Part shown: one piece after another, positions 15,009 to 24,746 of the stretch
Layout: every line of letters begins with the position of its first letter
Position numbering within the stretch: position 1 is the first letter of the stretch
Assembly (NCBI GenBank): GCA_027031765.1
Contig: JALVPN010000139.1
Coordinates: forward strand, 1 to 31,922
Length of the DNA stretch: 31,922 nt
Origin: Promethearchaeota archaeon
Lineage (GTDB): Archaea > Asgardarchaeota > Thorarchaeia > Thorarchaeales > Thorarchaeaceae
Direction: 5' to 3'
Made by a program: the position numbers and the translations under genes
The notes under the pieces: model-generated
Told to the model about the DNA's origin: nothing
Seen by the model: only the letters and a program-made list of their open reading frames with translations
Database searches by the model: none

Positions 15009-15278
15009 TAGAGCAGTCACTCTGCGTGGTGCCATTTCCTGCGTATTCAACCGTGCACCAGCTGACGAGTACCGTGGCGTCGTCAACTGACATGATGGGA
15101 CATCGTCGTATCGCAGTAGAGCGGACAAGGATTCGGACACAGGTGTGTCCGCAGTTGGCCCACATGGCCCGGGTGAGTGACAGCATATGAACTGCCCCCT
15201 GTCACATAACATGACCGTCTGCCCCTTGTCAGTACCTCCTGTACTTGTTTGCGTCTGTTGCTGGTGCTGGTGTGCCTG

Positions 15279-15545
15279 TCACACAACATACTCCATCTGT
15301 CCCTTGTCAACACCAATCACAGAACGTTTGACCCCTTTTGGCGAGTTCATCTTGTAGATGATCACAGAGTCGTGGTCTCTGTCGATGACCGCCGTTACCC
15401 TTGTGATGAGCGATTGGAGCGAGGTCTCTGATATCTGGCCCTCAAAGAGGGAGTTCTGTACCCAGAAGAGGTACTGGCGGAGGATGGCACGCACTCGGTC
15501 TATGCGTTCGACCTCTACGTCATAGGCTATGATTACGTATGGCAT
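15279..15545 (-). CDS. cas2: Cas2 (type I-B module)
   Basis: MPYVIIAYDVEVERIDRV...QYLFWVQNSLFEGQI...DSVIIY..GVDK; ATG at 15545 inside track ORF 15279..15743. Confidence 0.95.
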   Translation of the reverse strand: MPYVIIAYDVEVERIDRVRAILRQYLFWVQNSLFEGQISETSLQSLITRVTAVIDRDHDSVIIYKMNSPKGVKRSVIGVDKGQMEYVV

Positions 15546-15597
15546 TGACCCTTGTTGACAGTCTGACTGAAAGTGGCTGATGGTGCAGTGGTGGCAC

Positions 15598-16605
15598 CTA
15601 CCACCCACGTGTTGACTGGTATGGCTGGTAGGGGCGGCCTTCGACCACGTGTTTGAGGAGCTTGTAACAGTCCAGACGGAGGAGCATCTCATTCGAGACG
15701 CTCCGTCTGAGGCGTGGGTGTCTGCGTGTCTTACGGAGGACACCGTCGAACTCGTTGAGGAATACCTTACGGCCCTCCTCGTTGAGTATGCAGTAGTTGA
15801 GGTCCTGGTCGAAGTGTTCTTCCCGGAGCTGTTGGAGGTTGAGCACTCTGAATATCAGGCGGTCGACGAACTCCGGCTTGAACATCTCTGCAATGTCGAG
15901 AGAGAGTGAGAACCTGCGTTCTAGCGGTTCGTGTAGGAAGCTTATTGATGGGTCGAGCTGTGTGTGATAGAGCTGAGTGAGCACCGCACTGTAGAGGAGG
16001 GTGTTCCCAAGACTGATGAGAGCATTCACAGGGTTGTTTGGCGGCCGTTTCACCCGTGGGCCCATCTTGAAGTCCTTTATGACCATGTTAAAGGCGTCAT
16101 AGTATGTGTTCCACGCACGGCCCTCCACACTCAACAGTACAGAGACGGTACCGGCAGCCCGGACTTCAGGGATGAGCCCTGAGAGGTCGCCCAGCACCTT
16201 GTCGATACCGTCCACACGGCCCCGGTAGTCCCTGACGGCCCATGCCATGTTAGATATGCATGCTTCCACCATGCACCGTGCTATGTGGAGGCGCTGTCCC
16301 TGGTCAAGGTGTGCAGCAGCCTGCTTGAGCACAGCATAACCAGATATTAGCCGTCGCCGGGGGTAGAAACTCCCCTCGTAGTTGCCGTAGTACCCAAAGA
16401 AGTGGAGCGGGATGCCCTGTCGTGCGAGGAACGACATGACACCCGAAGTGACGTTTATGCGTCCGACAGCGTATATGGCCTTGATCTGTTCGACCGGGAG
16501 GATCCTGCGGCCTTCCGCTGTGAAATAGTAAATGGTCGACTCCTTCCTCTTCAGGCTGCCATTTGAGTTCAGGTACAGGTTCCGCTTCATAGACATGTCA
16601 GTCAC
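15598..16605 (-). CDS. cas1: Cas1, subtype I-B (Hmari/Tneap-like)
   Basis: MKRNLYLNSNGSLKRKE.T, GIPLHFFGYYGNYEGSFYP, EGRAWNTYY, RPPNNPVNALISLGN, ISFLHEP, LSLDIAEMFKP. Start GTG 16605 or ATG 16596. Confidence 0.96.
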   Translation of the reverse strand: MTDMSMKRNLYLNSNGSLKRKESTIYYFTAEGRRILPVEQIKAIYAVGRINVTSGVMSFLARQGIPLHFFGYYGNYEGSFYPRRRLISGYAVLKQAAAHLDQGQRLHIARCMVEACISNMAWAVRDYRGRVDGIDKVLGDLSGLIPEVRAAGTVSVLLSVEGRAWNTYYDAFNMVIKDFKMGPRVKRPPNNPVNALISLGNTLLYSAVLTQLYHTQLDPSISFLHEPLERRFSLSLDIAEMFKPEFVDRLIFRVLNLQQLREEHFDQDLNYCILNEEGRKVFLNEFDGVLRKTRRHPRLRRSVSNEMLLRLDCYKLLKHVVEGRPYQPYQSTRGW

Positions 16606-17138
16606 ACCTCACAGTAGTCGCGGTATGCACACTTCTTGCACGGTGCGTGGGCCGGACGGGGTGGCGGTGTTGACTGTCCCACAATCCTGCAGATCTCGCG
16701 GACAGCCGCCTCGACCGTGCGCCTGCCCTCATCGTCCAGCACCACAGGCTGTTTCCGACGTTCCGACCGGAAGTGCAGTTCGCCAGTGCAGTCAATCCCG
16801 AGCCGTTCCAGTTCGTACAGGTAGAACAGCAGCTGGACCCGGGCGGCTACGCTCATCGCACCGCTCTTCTTGACCTCGTGGACTATGAGGTGTTGCCCTG
16901 TGGTTGTGTGGTCAATCCTGATGCGGTTGAAGACCATGACCTCCTTGTGCTCCCGGACGAACGACGACTCGTGGATGAGCCTGCCCAGTGCCACCAGTTC
17001 TGACGACTGTTCCTGTGTGATGTTGTGGGTGAGCAGCCACAGCCTGCGGTGACACACATGATAGTAGTTGACCATAGTACCAGTGACCCTGCACGGCCAC
17101 CCGTACTGTGAACGCGGCGGGGCAATATCAAAAGACAA
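16602..17138 (-). CDS. cas4: Cas4 (type I-B module)
   Basis: VTGTMVNYYHVCHRRLWL, GRLIHE, IRID, HEVKKS, QLLFYLY.L, CKKCAYRDYC. Confidence 0.95.
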   Translation of the reverse strand: MSFDIAPPRSQYGWPCRVTGTMVNYYHVCHRRLWLLTHNITQEQSSELVALGRLIHESSFVREHKEVMVFNRIRIDHTTTGQHLIVHEVKKSGAMSVAARVQLLFYLYELERLGIDCTGELHFRSERRKQPVVLDDEGRRTVEAAVREICRIVGQSTPPPRPAHAPCKKCAYRDYCEV

Positions 17139-19407
17139 GGGCGTCCTGCCTCCTTGCCATCTCTGCTAACAGGTCAGTCCGCAGACCAAGCTCCGGGTCG
17201 TACTCGATTTCGCACACCGGGTACGGACTGCTGCGCCGGACGAGGTTCTCTTTGTACATCCACCTGAAGGTCCTGACCGGTACTGAGACGACGAGTCTCT
17301 GCAGGTCGTCCCACGCCCCCTGTGCCCTGAGCTCCTCGACCCTCTCATCATAGCAGGCTGGGACTATTTCCACGGAGTCAAAGAGGTCATAGAACTTGTC
17401 GGGACGGCCCTCTTCAAATGGCACCAGCCCCTTCCATGCGTCTGACATATTGGAGTATGCCCCTTTGAACTCGTCACGTTCAGAGCTGGAGTAGCCGTCC
17501 CCATACACATGTTCTACGGCCCCCCTTGCAAGCCGTTCTGTCAGTCGGCCGTCCCCAGCAGCAAGGTCCGCGAGCCACTGCACAGACCGCTCCACACGGT
17601 CATAGTGTCTGTACACCATCTTGTCGTACTCTCCACCCTTGCAGAACACTGTGACAGTCGCGCCATCCTTCATGCGCCCACGACGGTTCACCCGGCCAAA
17701 ACGCTGTAGGAGTGCGTCCATAGGGGCAGGTTCGGTGAACATGACATCGAAGTCTATGTCCAGGGAGACCTCGATTGCCTGCGTACCGACAAGGAGCCGT
17801 GCGTCACGGATCCGGCTCTCGTGTTCAATGCGGTCGCCAAGTGTGAAGCGCCCGTGCAACAGGACTGCATCCTTGACCCGCCTGTCTTTGGAAAGGGTCT
17901 CAAAGAGCGACAGGGCAGTACGCACAGTGTTGCAGACCACCAGGGTACGCCTCTCACTGGCGGCCCTCGCAATCGCCTCTGTGGCAGCAGAGATGTCGCC
18001 GTCCTGGACCCGGATGATGTGGCGGTATGAGGAGTCCCTTGTCCTGTCGACCAGGATGTTGGAGCTTGGTATTCCGAGGCAAGAGCGGATTCTCTCTATC
18101 AGGAAGGACGGGATGGTCGCCGACATGAGGAGGACTTCCGCACCATAGGCACGGGCCACACGCATCAGGAACAGCATTAACGCTGTCACGTGTGGGGAGT
18201 ATGCGTGCACCTCATCGAATACCATCACCGACGATGCAATCTCCATCAGTGTCCGTTCGTACCCCTTGACACCGAACAGTGCCTTCAGCGGCTGGTACGG
18301 TGTGGTGACCTTGACCGGTGAGTACAACCTCCGCGAGATGTCGGCAAGATGTCGGGGGTCGACCGCGCCCGTGAGGTACTCCTCATTACTGTAGAAGGAG
18401 TGGATGAAGAATGCAGAGCGGTGGTGTAGCATTGACACCAGGTCGTAGTCGGCCGGACACCCCTTAGAGAACTGGTCGCGCAGACGGGTGTACATCTTGT
18501 TTATGCTGGCCACCGTGGGCAGCATGTAGAGGATGCGCCTGCACCCCTCCATGTTGTTACGCGCCCACAACATTGCCGCTTCCGTTTTCCCAGACCCCGT
18601 GGGGGCAACAATAATCCCCGGACCGGAGAGCTGGGACGCCCACGCCTGCATCTGGTTCGGTGGGAAGGCGCAGAAGGTGCTGTCACGTGGTAGGTGCTTC
18701 ACGGCCTTGATGCCTGCTGATGCGAGGTGGTCGCACGATGTCACGATGCCCTTCATGAGCATCAGACGAGGTGAGATGGCCTGTACCTCTTCGTCCCCCA
18801 GCGCCCGGAACCAATTGACGGTCCACCCAAACGGCTCATTGTCAAGCATGGTCTGGACTATGGACTCGTCGTCACCGGGCAGGGTGCGCAGCAGCTGCGC
18901 TGCAAGGGGATAGTCCCCATGGAGGTGGGCTGCAACTCTTTTCAGCACACGGCGTAGGGCCGGTAGCATCTTGCGCATCTCCTCGACACGTCTGGCATAG
19001 TCCTCATAACCAAGCTCTCTGTCGGTCCTGAAGTTAGAGAGCAGTGTGTCGATGGACTTGTGGTGCGTGATCACTCCGAGGCCCGCACACTCCTTCAACA
19101 GGGACGGCGCCTTACTGAAGTCCAGGCACGACAGCAGTCCTGTCGAGAGGATTTCATGTCTGTATTTCCACCGGCGGCGACCTGGGGATGTCAACATCGC
19201 TTGGAACCCGACTGCAGCCTTGCCTGCATCGTGTAGTGCAAGGGCGAGGGCAGCACACTCACCAGTCATGTCCCATGTGTTCGCAATGAACAGTTCCGTG
19301 AGGCACCCGAGACTCCGCAGGACTGCAAGGGCATCAAGTGTGTGGTCCAGGAGTGTCACTCCCGGCTTCGCCAGCAGCTGTCTGCTAGTCCCGACTGCGC
19401 CCTGCAC
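17128..19407 (-). CDS. cas3: Cas3 HD nuclease-helicase (type I-B)
   Basis: LLAKP..TLLDHT, LHDAGKA..GFQ, YRHEILS, THH, CDHLASAG; APTGSGKTEAA, FDEVHAY, MSAT, TQAIEVSLDIDFD, LLQRFGRVNRRG. Confidence 0.96.
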   Translation of the reverse strand: MQGAVGTSRQLLAKPGVTLLDHTLDALAVLRSLGCLTELFIANTWDMTGECAALALALHDAGKAAVGFQAMLTSPGRRRWKYRHEILSTGLLSCLDFSKAPSLLKECAGLGVITHHKSIDTLLSNFRTDRELGYEDYARRVEEMRKMLPALRRVLKRVAAHLHGDYPLAAQLLRTLPGDDESIVQTMLDNEPFGWTVNWFRALGDEEVQAISPRLMLMKGIVTSCDHLASAGIKAVKHLPRDSTFCAFPPNQMQAWASQLSGPGIIVAPTGSGKTEAAMLWARNNMEGCRRILYMLPTVASINKMYTRLRDQFSKGCPADYDLVSMLHHRSAFFIHSFYSNEEYLTGAVDPRHLADISRRLYSPVKVTTPYQPLKALFGVKGYERTLMEIASSVMVFDEVHAYSPHVTALMLFLMRVARAYGAEVLLMSATIPSFLIERIRSCLGIPSSNILVDRTRDSSYRHIIRVQDGDISAATEAIARAASERRTLVVCNTVRTALSLFETLSKDRRVKDAVLLHGRFTLGDRIEHESRIRDARLLVGTQAIEVSLDIDFDVMFTEPAPMDALLQRFGRVNRRGRMKDGATVTVFCKGGEYDKMVYRHYDRVERSVQWLADLAAGDGRLTERLARGAVEHVYGDGYSSSERDEFKGAYSNMSDAWKGLVPFEEGRPDKFYDLFDSVEIVPACYDERVEELRAQGAWDDLQRLVVSVPVRTFRWMYKENLVRRSSPYPVCEIEYDPELGLRTDLLAEMARRQDALVF

Positions 19408-19462
19408 ACCACATCACCAGCAATACATCTCTGTCCAGCATGGCCGGCGACATGACAACCCC

Positions 19463-20131
19463 TCATACCAGCCCTAGGGACTCGGCAGTGTGAATCTGGA
19501 CTATGATGCCGCCGTCCTCACGGTCACTGTCAAGATAGCCGCTGCCGGTTGCCCTGTAGGTCTCTGGTATCATCATGAAGGGCTGGACACCGCGCGCCAC
19601 CCGTGGGATGTCGTCCGTGAAGTACACCGGCAGTGCGTACAGGGTCGCCACAGAGTACCCCGTGGGGGCATCGGTATAGATGCTCTGACCAAACACCCCT
19701 TCTGTGTCCTCCACATACTCGAGGTCTACCATGTCAACGGACTCCACAGTTGCAAGGTCAGAGCTCCGACCAAGGAGGAGCTGGAAGTGCGGCCTCTCGA
19801 AATAGGGGGCCATGGCCGGGTCGAGGTAGAGCGTGAGCTCCACGTCAACAAGGAACTCCCTCTCAACAACGTTCCACTTCGCACTACCCGGCCCCCACTC
19901 AAGGATACGTTCCAGGTCGACACCGCGGCCCCTACTGACGAACGTATACCCGACAAAGGTGTCCTCTGGGGTCACGGCCTCGCCCTTTGCAGCGGAGATG
20001 AGGCCATACACCGTGGAGAGAGGGGGCATCGGGAGTGTGGGCTGGAAGCCAATCATGAAGCCCGCATAGCGGAATGATGCCGTCCAACTGCTGACCCGCA
20101 CTCGGACCGCCCGCATCCGGCCCGCACACAA
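19463..20131 (-). CDS. cas5: Cas5, subtype I-B (Tneap)
   Basis: SWTASFRY, QPTLPMPPLSTVYGLISAAKG, REFL, LLLGRSSDLA. Start GTG 20131 or ATG 20116. Confidence 0.93.
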   Translation of the reverse strand: MCAGRMRAVRVRVSSWTASFRYAGFMIGFQPTLPMPPLSTVYGLISAAKGEAVTPEDTFVGYTFVSRGRGVDLERILEWGPGSAKWNVVEREFLVDVELTLYLDPAMAPYFERPHFQLLLGRSSDLATVESVDMVDLEYVEDTEGVFGQSIYTDAPTGYSVATLYALPVYFTDDIPRVARGVQPFMMIPETYRATGSGYLDSDREDGGIIVQIHTAESLGLV

Positions 20132-20146
20132 CCTTCGAGGACCCCC

Positions 20147-21166
20147 TCAGAAGACATCGTCCAGGTCTTGACAGAGCCCGTCCACTGCCCCCTTCACTGT
20201 TGTGACGACCACGCTGTCGCTATGCTCCTCCGCGAGGGTGTTGAGGGCGTCCTTGATATGCTCCATGAAGCCGGTCTCACGGCCAACATAGACCTTGGTA
20301 AGGCGTTCGTTAGAGTAGTCGTTGAGCACCTGGACTAGCGCCTCAGTGTTGAAGGTGGCATCTCCCCGTTCGTCAACTGCGGCAAGGTGGCTCAGGAGGT
20401 GACTACCGGTCGCGAAGACACCCAGTACGACCAGGCTTGGTGCTACACGTGTGAGGTGACGGGCACTCATTGCACCCCCAGAGAGATGTGGTAGGACCCC
20501 CAACGTGTCCCGGACACGCGTGAGGCGGATTGCCCTGTCGAGTACGAAGGCGCCGTCCTCCGCCTTGCAGCGGGACGCGAACTCTGCTGGCACTTCAAAG
20601 TTGTCAGGGAGGTTCTGGCTCCCTGCAGTGGGCACCTGTTTGAACACGCCCGCGTTGTCAAGGTCTATGGAGAAGATGCCCTTCAGTACTGTTGAGTAGA
20701 ACTCGTGCTCATAGGGTACTGGGTCACCCTCCAGTCGTGAGAACGTCCCGAAGTCCTCTGTCGGGCGGTGGGGGCCCACGGATACAAGGGGCGAGTTCTT
20801 GAGCACCGAGGCCCGCGTGACCGTCTGCTGCCCCGACTTCTTCCCGCCAGCACCCCGTGTTGTCTTGGGTGCCCGCATGTACCCGAAAATGTCGTCGTCC
20901 GGGTACGTGAGCGGGTCTGCTGCGGTGTAGGCTATCTTGGCCTCCCGGTGGATTGGTGAGAGCTCCCACCCCTTGTGTGTGGCAAGTGCCATCCTCCACC
21001 AATAGCGCCAGGCCTGACCGGACACATATGGGTAGGCCTCGCGTCCCCGCCAGAAGACCTTCGTCCTCACGATGTTGTCTGTCCGTTCTGACGCCTGGAC
21101 CCCCGCATTGTTGAGCGCCGATGCCCAGGCATCAACCATTACAAAGCCCTGTACTGTCCGTACCAT
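20147..21166 (-). CDS. cas7: Cas7 (Cst2/DevR type), subtype I-B
   Basis: SALNNAG, YPYVSGQAWRYWWR, YPDDDIFGYMRA, TRASVLKNSPL, PVPYEHEFYST.LKG.FS.DL. Confidence 0.95.
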   Translation of the reverse strand: MVRTVQGFVMVDAWASALNNAGVQASERTDNIVRTKVFWRGREAYPYVSGQAWRYWWRMALATHKGWELSPIHREAKIAYTAADPLTYPDDDIFGYMRAPKTTRGAGGKKSGQQTVTRASVLKNSPLVSVGPHRPTEDFGTFSRLEGDPVPYEHEFYSTVLKGIFSIDLDNAGVFKQVPTAGSQNLPDNFEVPAEFASRCKAEDGAFVLDRAIRLTRVRDTLGVLPHLSGGAMSARHLTRVAPSLVVLGVFATGSHLLSHLAAVDERGDATFNTEALVQVLNDYSNERLTKVYVGRETGFMEHIKDALNTLAEEHSDSVVVTTVKGAVDGLCQDLDDVF

Positions 21167-21194
21167 TTCAAGTCACAACCTCAAGATACTCCTT

Positions 21195-22577
21195 CTATTG
21201 TCCCTCCGACTCGGAGTCCGGCCCTGCAACCTCTTCGGCCCGTTCCCGGAGCCACTCGGCGCCCTGTTCGTATATCCTGAAGAGCAGCAGGTCCCGGATC
21301 TCTCGCCAGTCGCGACCACCCTCTGGGGCCAGGTCAATGACGTACTCGTCAAAGGTCAGCAGGGCCTTCCCACTCCGTTTCACGGCGTCCCTATCAGCCT
21401 TCAACAGCACCGACCTGAAGTCCCCGTATGTGCGGGCGGTGTCCAGTCGCACAATAGGACGCGCAGAACCAGTCTCCTTGCACAGCTCAAGGAAGCGGTC
21501 TGCCAGATCCCGGATGGTATCAATCCGTTTCTTTTCCATTCTTCTCACCTTTCGCAGGTACAGGGAGAGGAGATTCCATGTCCCCAGCACTTCGCGCCCC
21601 TCTCCAAAGAAGTACCTCACAATAGAGCGGCCCTCAGTGAGGGCCCGGTAAAGGCGGTTCTCCCGCTTCTTCAAGACCTCATCCTCATCGACGTTGGCCC
21701 CCTGTTTCGGCCTGAACGGCGGGTTCCCACGACACACAATCCGACGCCACATGTCCCGGTCCCTGTGGAGTTGGACTTCGGCCAAGAACTCTATCACCGT
21801 ACTTGGAATATCATAGAATGACAGGCGTGGCCCCTGACCGTAGTTAGTAAAGAGATAGAACCGTACAGGCGGACATCCGGTGCGTACGAACTCGACCTCC
21901 ACATACCTGTGTTGCATGATGGACACAATGGCATCGTATGCAGCATTCAGTGCTGCAGCTCGGGTGTAGTCGAATGTTGCGACCCCGTACTCGTTTGCTG
22001 CCGCCTGCCGCTTCGCCTGTTCCACGGTACGCCGTGCGAGGGCGAGCTGTAGTGGCCAGTGGGCTGTGTGAGGTATCAACAGGTCGCCCACCTTCTCCAT
22101 GGCCAGTGGCGAGAACTGTATGGCGAGGAGACAGTTCGCACAGACACGTTCGCCGGCCTGCGAGCGGGACGCAAAGGGTTGAGCAGGGAAGAAGTTCACC
22201 AGACTCTGCGAGCCCAGGAGTGGGACCCGGGTCTTGTCGACAGGCACTCCGGGGCGGGCCCCACAGATGGTACAGCTGGGAAACGCTGACGGCGGAGAGA
22301 CCTCTTCGAGCAGGCGCTGGAGCTGCTCCCTGTACTTCTTCTTACGGTCACGAGTGGACGGGTTACAGACTGGCGCATTTGGGAAGACCTGTCCGTGGAG
22401 TGCCCTGCGCCAGCCATCGGTGGTGTACAGGTCGACCAGTTGTGGGATCATGGCCCCAATGTCATCATATGTCAGCCCCTCAGGACGCCCCTTTTCCGCG
22501 AGGACACACATTGCTGCGAGACCAGAGTCCACAAATGGGTTGCCAGTTGTCCTGAACAGCACCTCCGCACCACTCAC
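21195..22577 (-). CDS. cas8b1: Cas8b1 (Cst1, CxxC-CxxC) large subunit, subtype I-B
   Basis: TGNPFVDSGLAA, CTICG, VPLLGS..NFF, CANCLLAIQFSPL, TNYGQGP, C-terminal small-subunit-like region W.E.RDLLLFRIYE. GTG 22577 overlaps the cas6 TGA. Confidence 0.9.
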   Translation of the reverse strand: MSGAEVLFRTTGNPFVDSGLAAMCVLAEKGRPEGLTYDDIGAMIPQLVDLYTTDGWRRALHGQVFPNAPVCNPSTRDRKKKYREQLQRLLEEVSPPSAFPSCTICGARPGVPVDKTRVPLLGSQSLVNFFPAQPFASRSQAGERVCANCLLAIQFSPLAMEKVGDLLIPHTAHWPLQLALARRTVEQAKRQAAANEYGVATFDYTRAAALNAAYDAIVSIMQHRYVEVEFVRTGCPPVRFYLFTNYGQGPRLSFYDIPSTVIEFLAEVQLHRDRDMWRRIVCRGNPPFRPKQGANVDEDEVLKKRENRLYRALTEGRSIVRYFFGEGREVLGTWNLLSLYLRKVRRMEKKRIDTIRDLADRFLELCKETGSARPIVRLDTARTYGDFRSVLLKADRDAVKRSGKALLTFDEYVIDLAPEGGRDWREIRDLLLFRIYEQGAEWLRERAEEVAGPDSESEGQ

Positions 22578-23320
22578 AGGCCTGCCCTCCGACAGCCCAC
22601 CATCCCGAAGCCCATGGAGTTCTTCTGTCCAAGGCCACAATCATAACCGAACCGGATCAGGTCGGGGTCGCCCCTGAGCGCAATGTCCATCATGTGGGCC
22701 CGGTGATATGTCCCGTTGACCTCTATCCTCTTGTGATGCGCACGTCTGATGGCGGTGACTTCCACAGACCCACGAGGGGGCCGACCGTAGTACTCTGTAT
22801 ACTTGCGTTCCAAGTTCCTGACAAGTGCCCTACAGAACTCGTCCCGGTCCTCCACTGGTGACAGGTCCCACTGCTGAAACCGCCCATCTCCCTCGATGAC
22901 CGTCTTGAGCACGATTGGTGACATCGTGGTGAATAGGGTCTCCCCCTCCTCCCGTGGTCTGAACTCACGCGGCACCGTGACCTTCACGACCGCAAAGTCG
23001 AGCCCTGCGATTGTTACATGCCCGCTCTTCAGCAGTGCGTTGGCGAGCCGGCGCGCGAGATTACCATCGACACTACTGAACCAGAGGTATACGTCGTTTG
23101 AGAGGATGACAAGTCCGTCCTTGCGTGGTCGCCGACGTGGGACTTCAAGCCTTGAGAACGTGAAGAACTTGAAGCCCGTCGAGTCGTGGAGCTCCTTGTA
23201 CTGTGGGTCTGTCGTGATCAGCTTGTCGTAGATCATCGAACTGACCGCATACTGGTAGTTGTAGGGCAGTACGGGCCGCCCACCCAGTGGAAATGGCACA
23301 AGGCACACTCTGAACCTCAA
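22574..23320 (-). CDS. cas6: Cas6 (type I-B operon)
   Basis: LPYNYQYAVSSMIY, LHDSTGFKFFTFSRL, TMSPIV, NLERKY, YDCGLGQKNSMGFGMV. TTG start 23320 after a GGGGG-rich SD. Confidence 0.95.
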   Translation of the reverse strand: MRFRVCLVPFPLGGRPVLPYNYQYAVSSMIYDKLITTDPQYKELHDSTGFKFFTFSRLEVPRRRPRKDGLVILSNDVYLWFSSVDGNLARRLANALLKSGHVTIAGLDFAVVKVTVPREFRPREEGETLFTTMSPIVLKTVIEGDGRFQQWDLSPVEDRDEFCRALVRNLERKYTEYYGRPPRGSVEVTAIRRAHHKRIEVNGTYHRAHMMDIALRGDPDLIRFGYDCGLGQKNSMGFGMVGCRRAGL

Positions 23321-23376
23321 CTGACAGGCCCCCTTGTGACCACTCGGACTATCCTGTTGAGGGCCCCGTTGAAGGT

Positions 23377-23419
23377 GATAATAAGTATAGCTTGTGAGAG
23401 TGATAGGGGAGTGTCCCCT
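23377..23419 (-). promoter_or_regulatory. Candidate promoter of the type I-B operon: palindrome AGGGGA-N3-TCCCCT and TATA-like TATACTTATTATC
   Basis: Minus-strand AT island at 23377-23389, about 57 bp before the cas6 start; inverted repeat at 23405-23419. Confidence 0.45.
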
Positions 23420-24080
23420 TGCGGACGGATATACGGCTTCCAGAAAGGCCCCTGAGGCCACGAGAACCGTGTCCTGTGGCCACCACAGTCCGGGACAGTG
23501 ATCCCACATATGGGTGTACGCCCAGAGCAGCACGGTCCGGGATGTGTTGGGTAGCAACTGGTAACACCCATGCATGACCTCACAGTGACTGTGTTACCCG
23601 GACACGTACGCTCGCGCCCCCCACATTCAAAGTCGAGACCATTCGCATCTATGCCCACATTCAACATGCAAGACGCCGCTGCCATGTCCAGGCCTTCAGG
23701 ACCTGCAACATGTCACTGGTAGAGGTACAGGACTGGTGTGCCACTGCTGTACATGGAAGACGAGGGCGCATGAAAACGCATAGGACTCCGAGTAGTAGAC
23801 TGGGACTCCATGTCAGGGGCGAGCGGCAATCATGCACAGTAGGACGCCATGCCCGCAGCCACCATACTCCTGGCCGTGTCAGACCATCAGGCCTATGTGC
23901 CAGCCCATGTCGCTAGGAGCAACAGTCCTTTTGGGTAACAGAAGTGCTTGGAAAGAAGAGAGACTTGGCGGCACTGGTTCCCCTATGAAGGTGTGGACAA
24001 TGCCAGGCAACGGCCCACCAGCCCGAGGGACACCAAGAGGCCTCTAAGGCCAGTGGACGGCCCGGAGTCCCCCCATAGAA

Positions 24081-24090
24081 GACTTATATC
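24081..24090 (+). promoter_or_regulatory. TATA-like box (GACTTATATC), candidate promoter of the type III-B operon
   Basis: Clearest TATA-like word in the 23.6-24.3 kb intergenic stretch; faces the Csx1 remnant and cmr1. Confidence 0.4.
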
Positions 24091-24293
24091 GCGGTCTACA
24101 GACCTGTCAGGAGTAGAGGGACATTCTCGGCTACTAGCGAGGGATGATGGTTTCAATCAGTTGGTCACGGTTAGTTGCGTTGAGGCATGACCTGCACAGG
24201 ACAGCTGCCCAGACCTGGCGGGTCAACTGACCGTCGAGTGAGTCCCGGCCGTGGTGGACAGAGGGGCATGTCCGTGCCACGGGTCAGAGCGTT

Positions 24294-24746
24294 GTGGTCA
24301 CCGTGCGTGTGCTCATCACATCCATCGGGCTGGTACACAAGGCATCCAGCAGTGGTAGTGGCTGCGTCTCTGCTGAGTACACTCTCTTCTGGGCGCCTGA
24401 GAAGAGGACGGGCGCCATGTTCACGGGCGCGGCACTGATGAGGCCCCTTGACCCGTCCGACTTGATGGTAGTGTGTGTTGCTCCTGAAACCAGGCAGACC
24501 TTGGATGTCCTTGCTATGGACTCCAATATCGACAGGAATCATGTACTGGAGGCCCTCATACCTGAAACGCGTTCTGTGGAGGAGCAGTACCAAGCTGTTG
24601 AGGAGCGGGTATCACACGTCGTCGGCAACCGTGTCGAGCTTGAGTGTCATAATGTGGAGGGGGTGAACGCCGAGCACGGACTGGACGGCACAGACAGTCC
24701 ATGCCCTGAAAGAGCAACTGAAAGACAGGAGGGACAAAGGTCATGA
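24294..24746 (+). pseudogene. Decayed N-terminal CARF domain of a Csx1/TM1812-like type III ancillary nuclease
   Basis: RVLITSIG..(C)VSAEY..F..AL..D..V..PET...IPETRSVEEQY..VE..V..NRVEL follows the Csx1 CARF strand/helix order. It breaks exactly where the LD(I/V)THG motif is expected; no HEPN domain follows. Confidence 0.62.

Noticed and set aside
23620-23664. 11-bp direct repeat CCCACATTCAA (23620 and 23654) in the I-B/III-B divergent region
   Set aside because: Two short copies, no link to a promoter or the CRISPR repeat; not distinguishable from chance without a conservation analysis.
23576-24290. Small ORFs or an IS remnant in the divergent intergenic region
   Set aside because: No frame gives a recognisable protein or transposase motif, and I found no terminal inverted repeats with target duplication.
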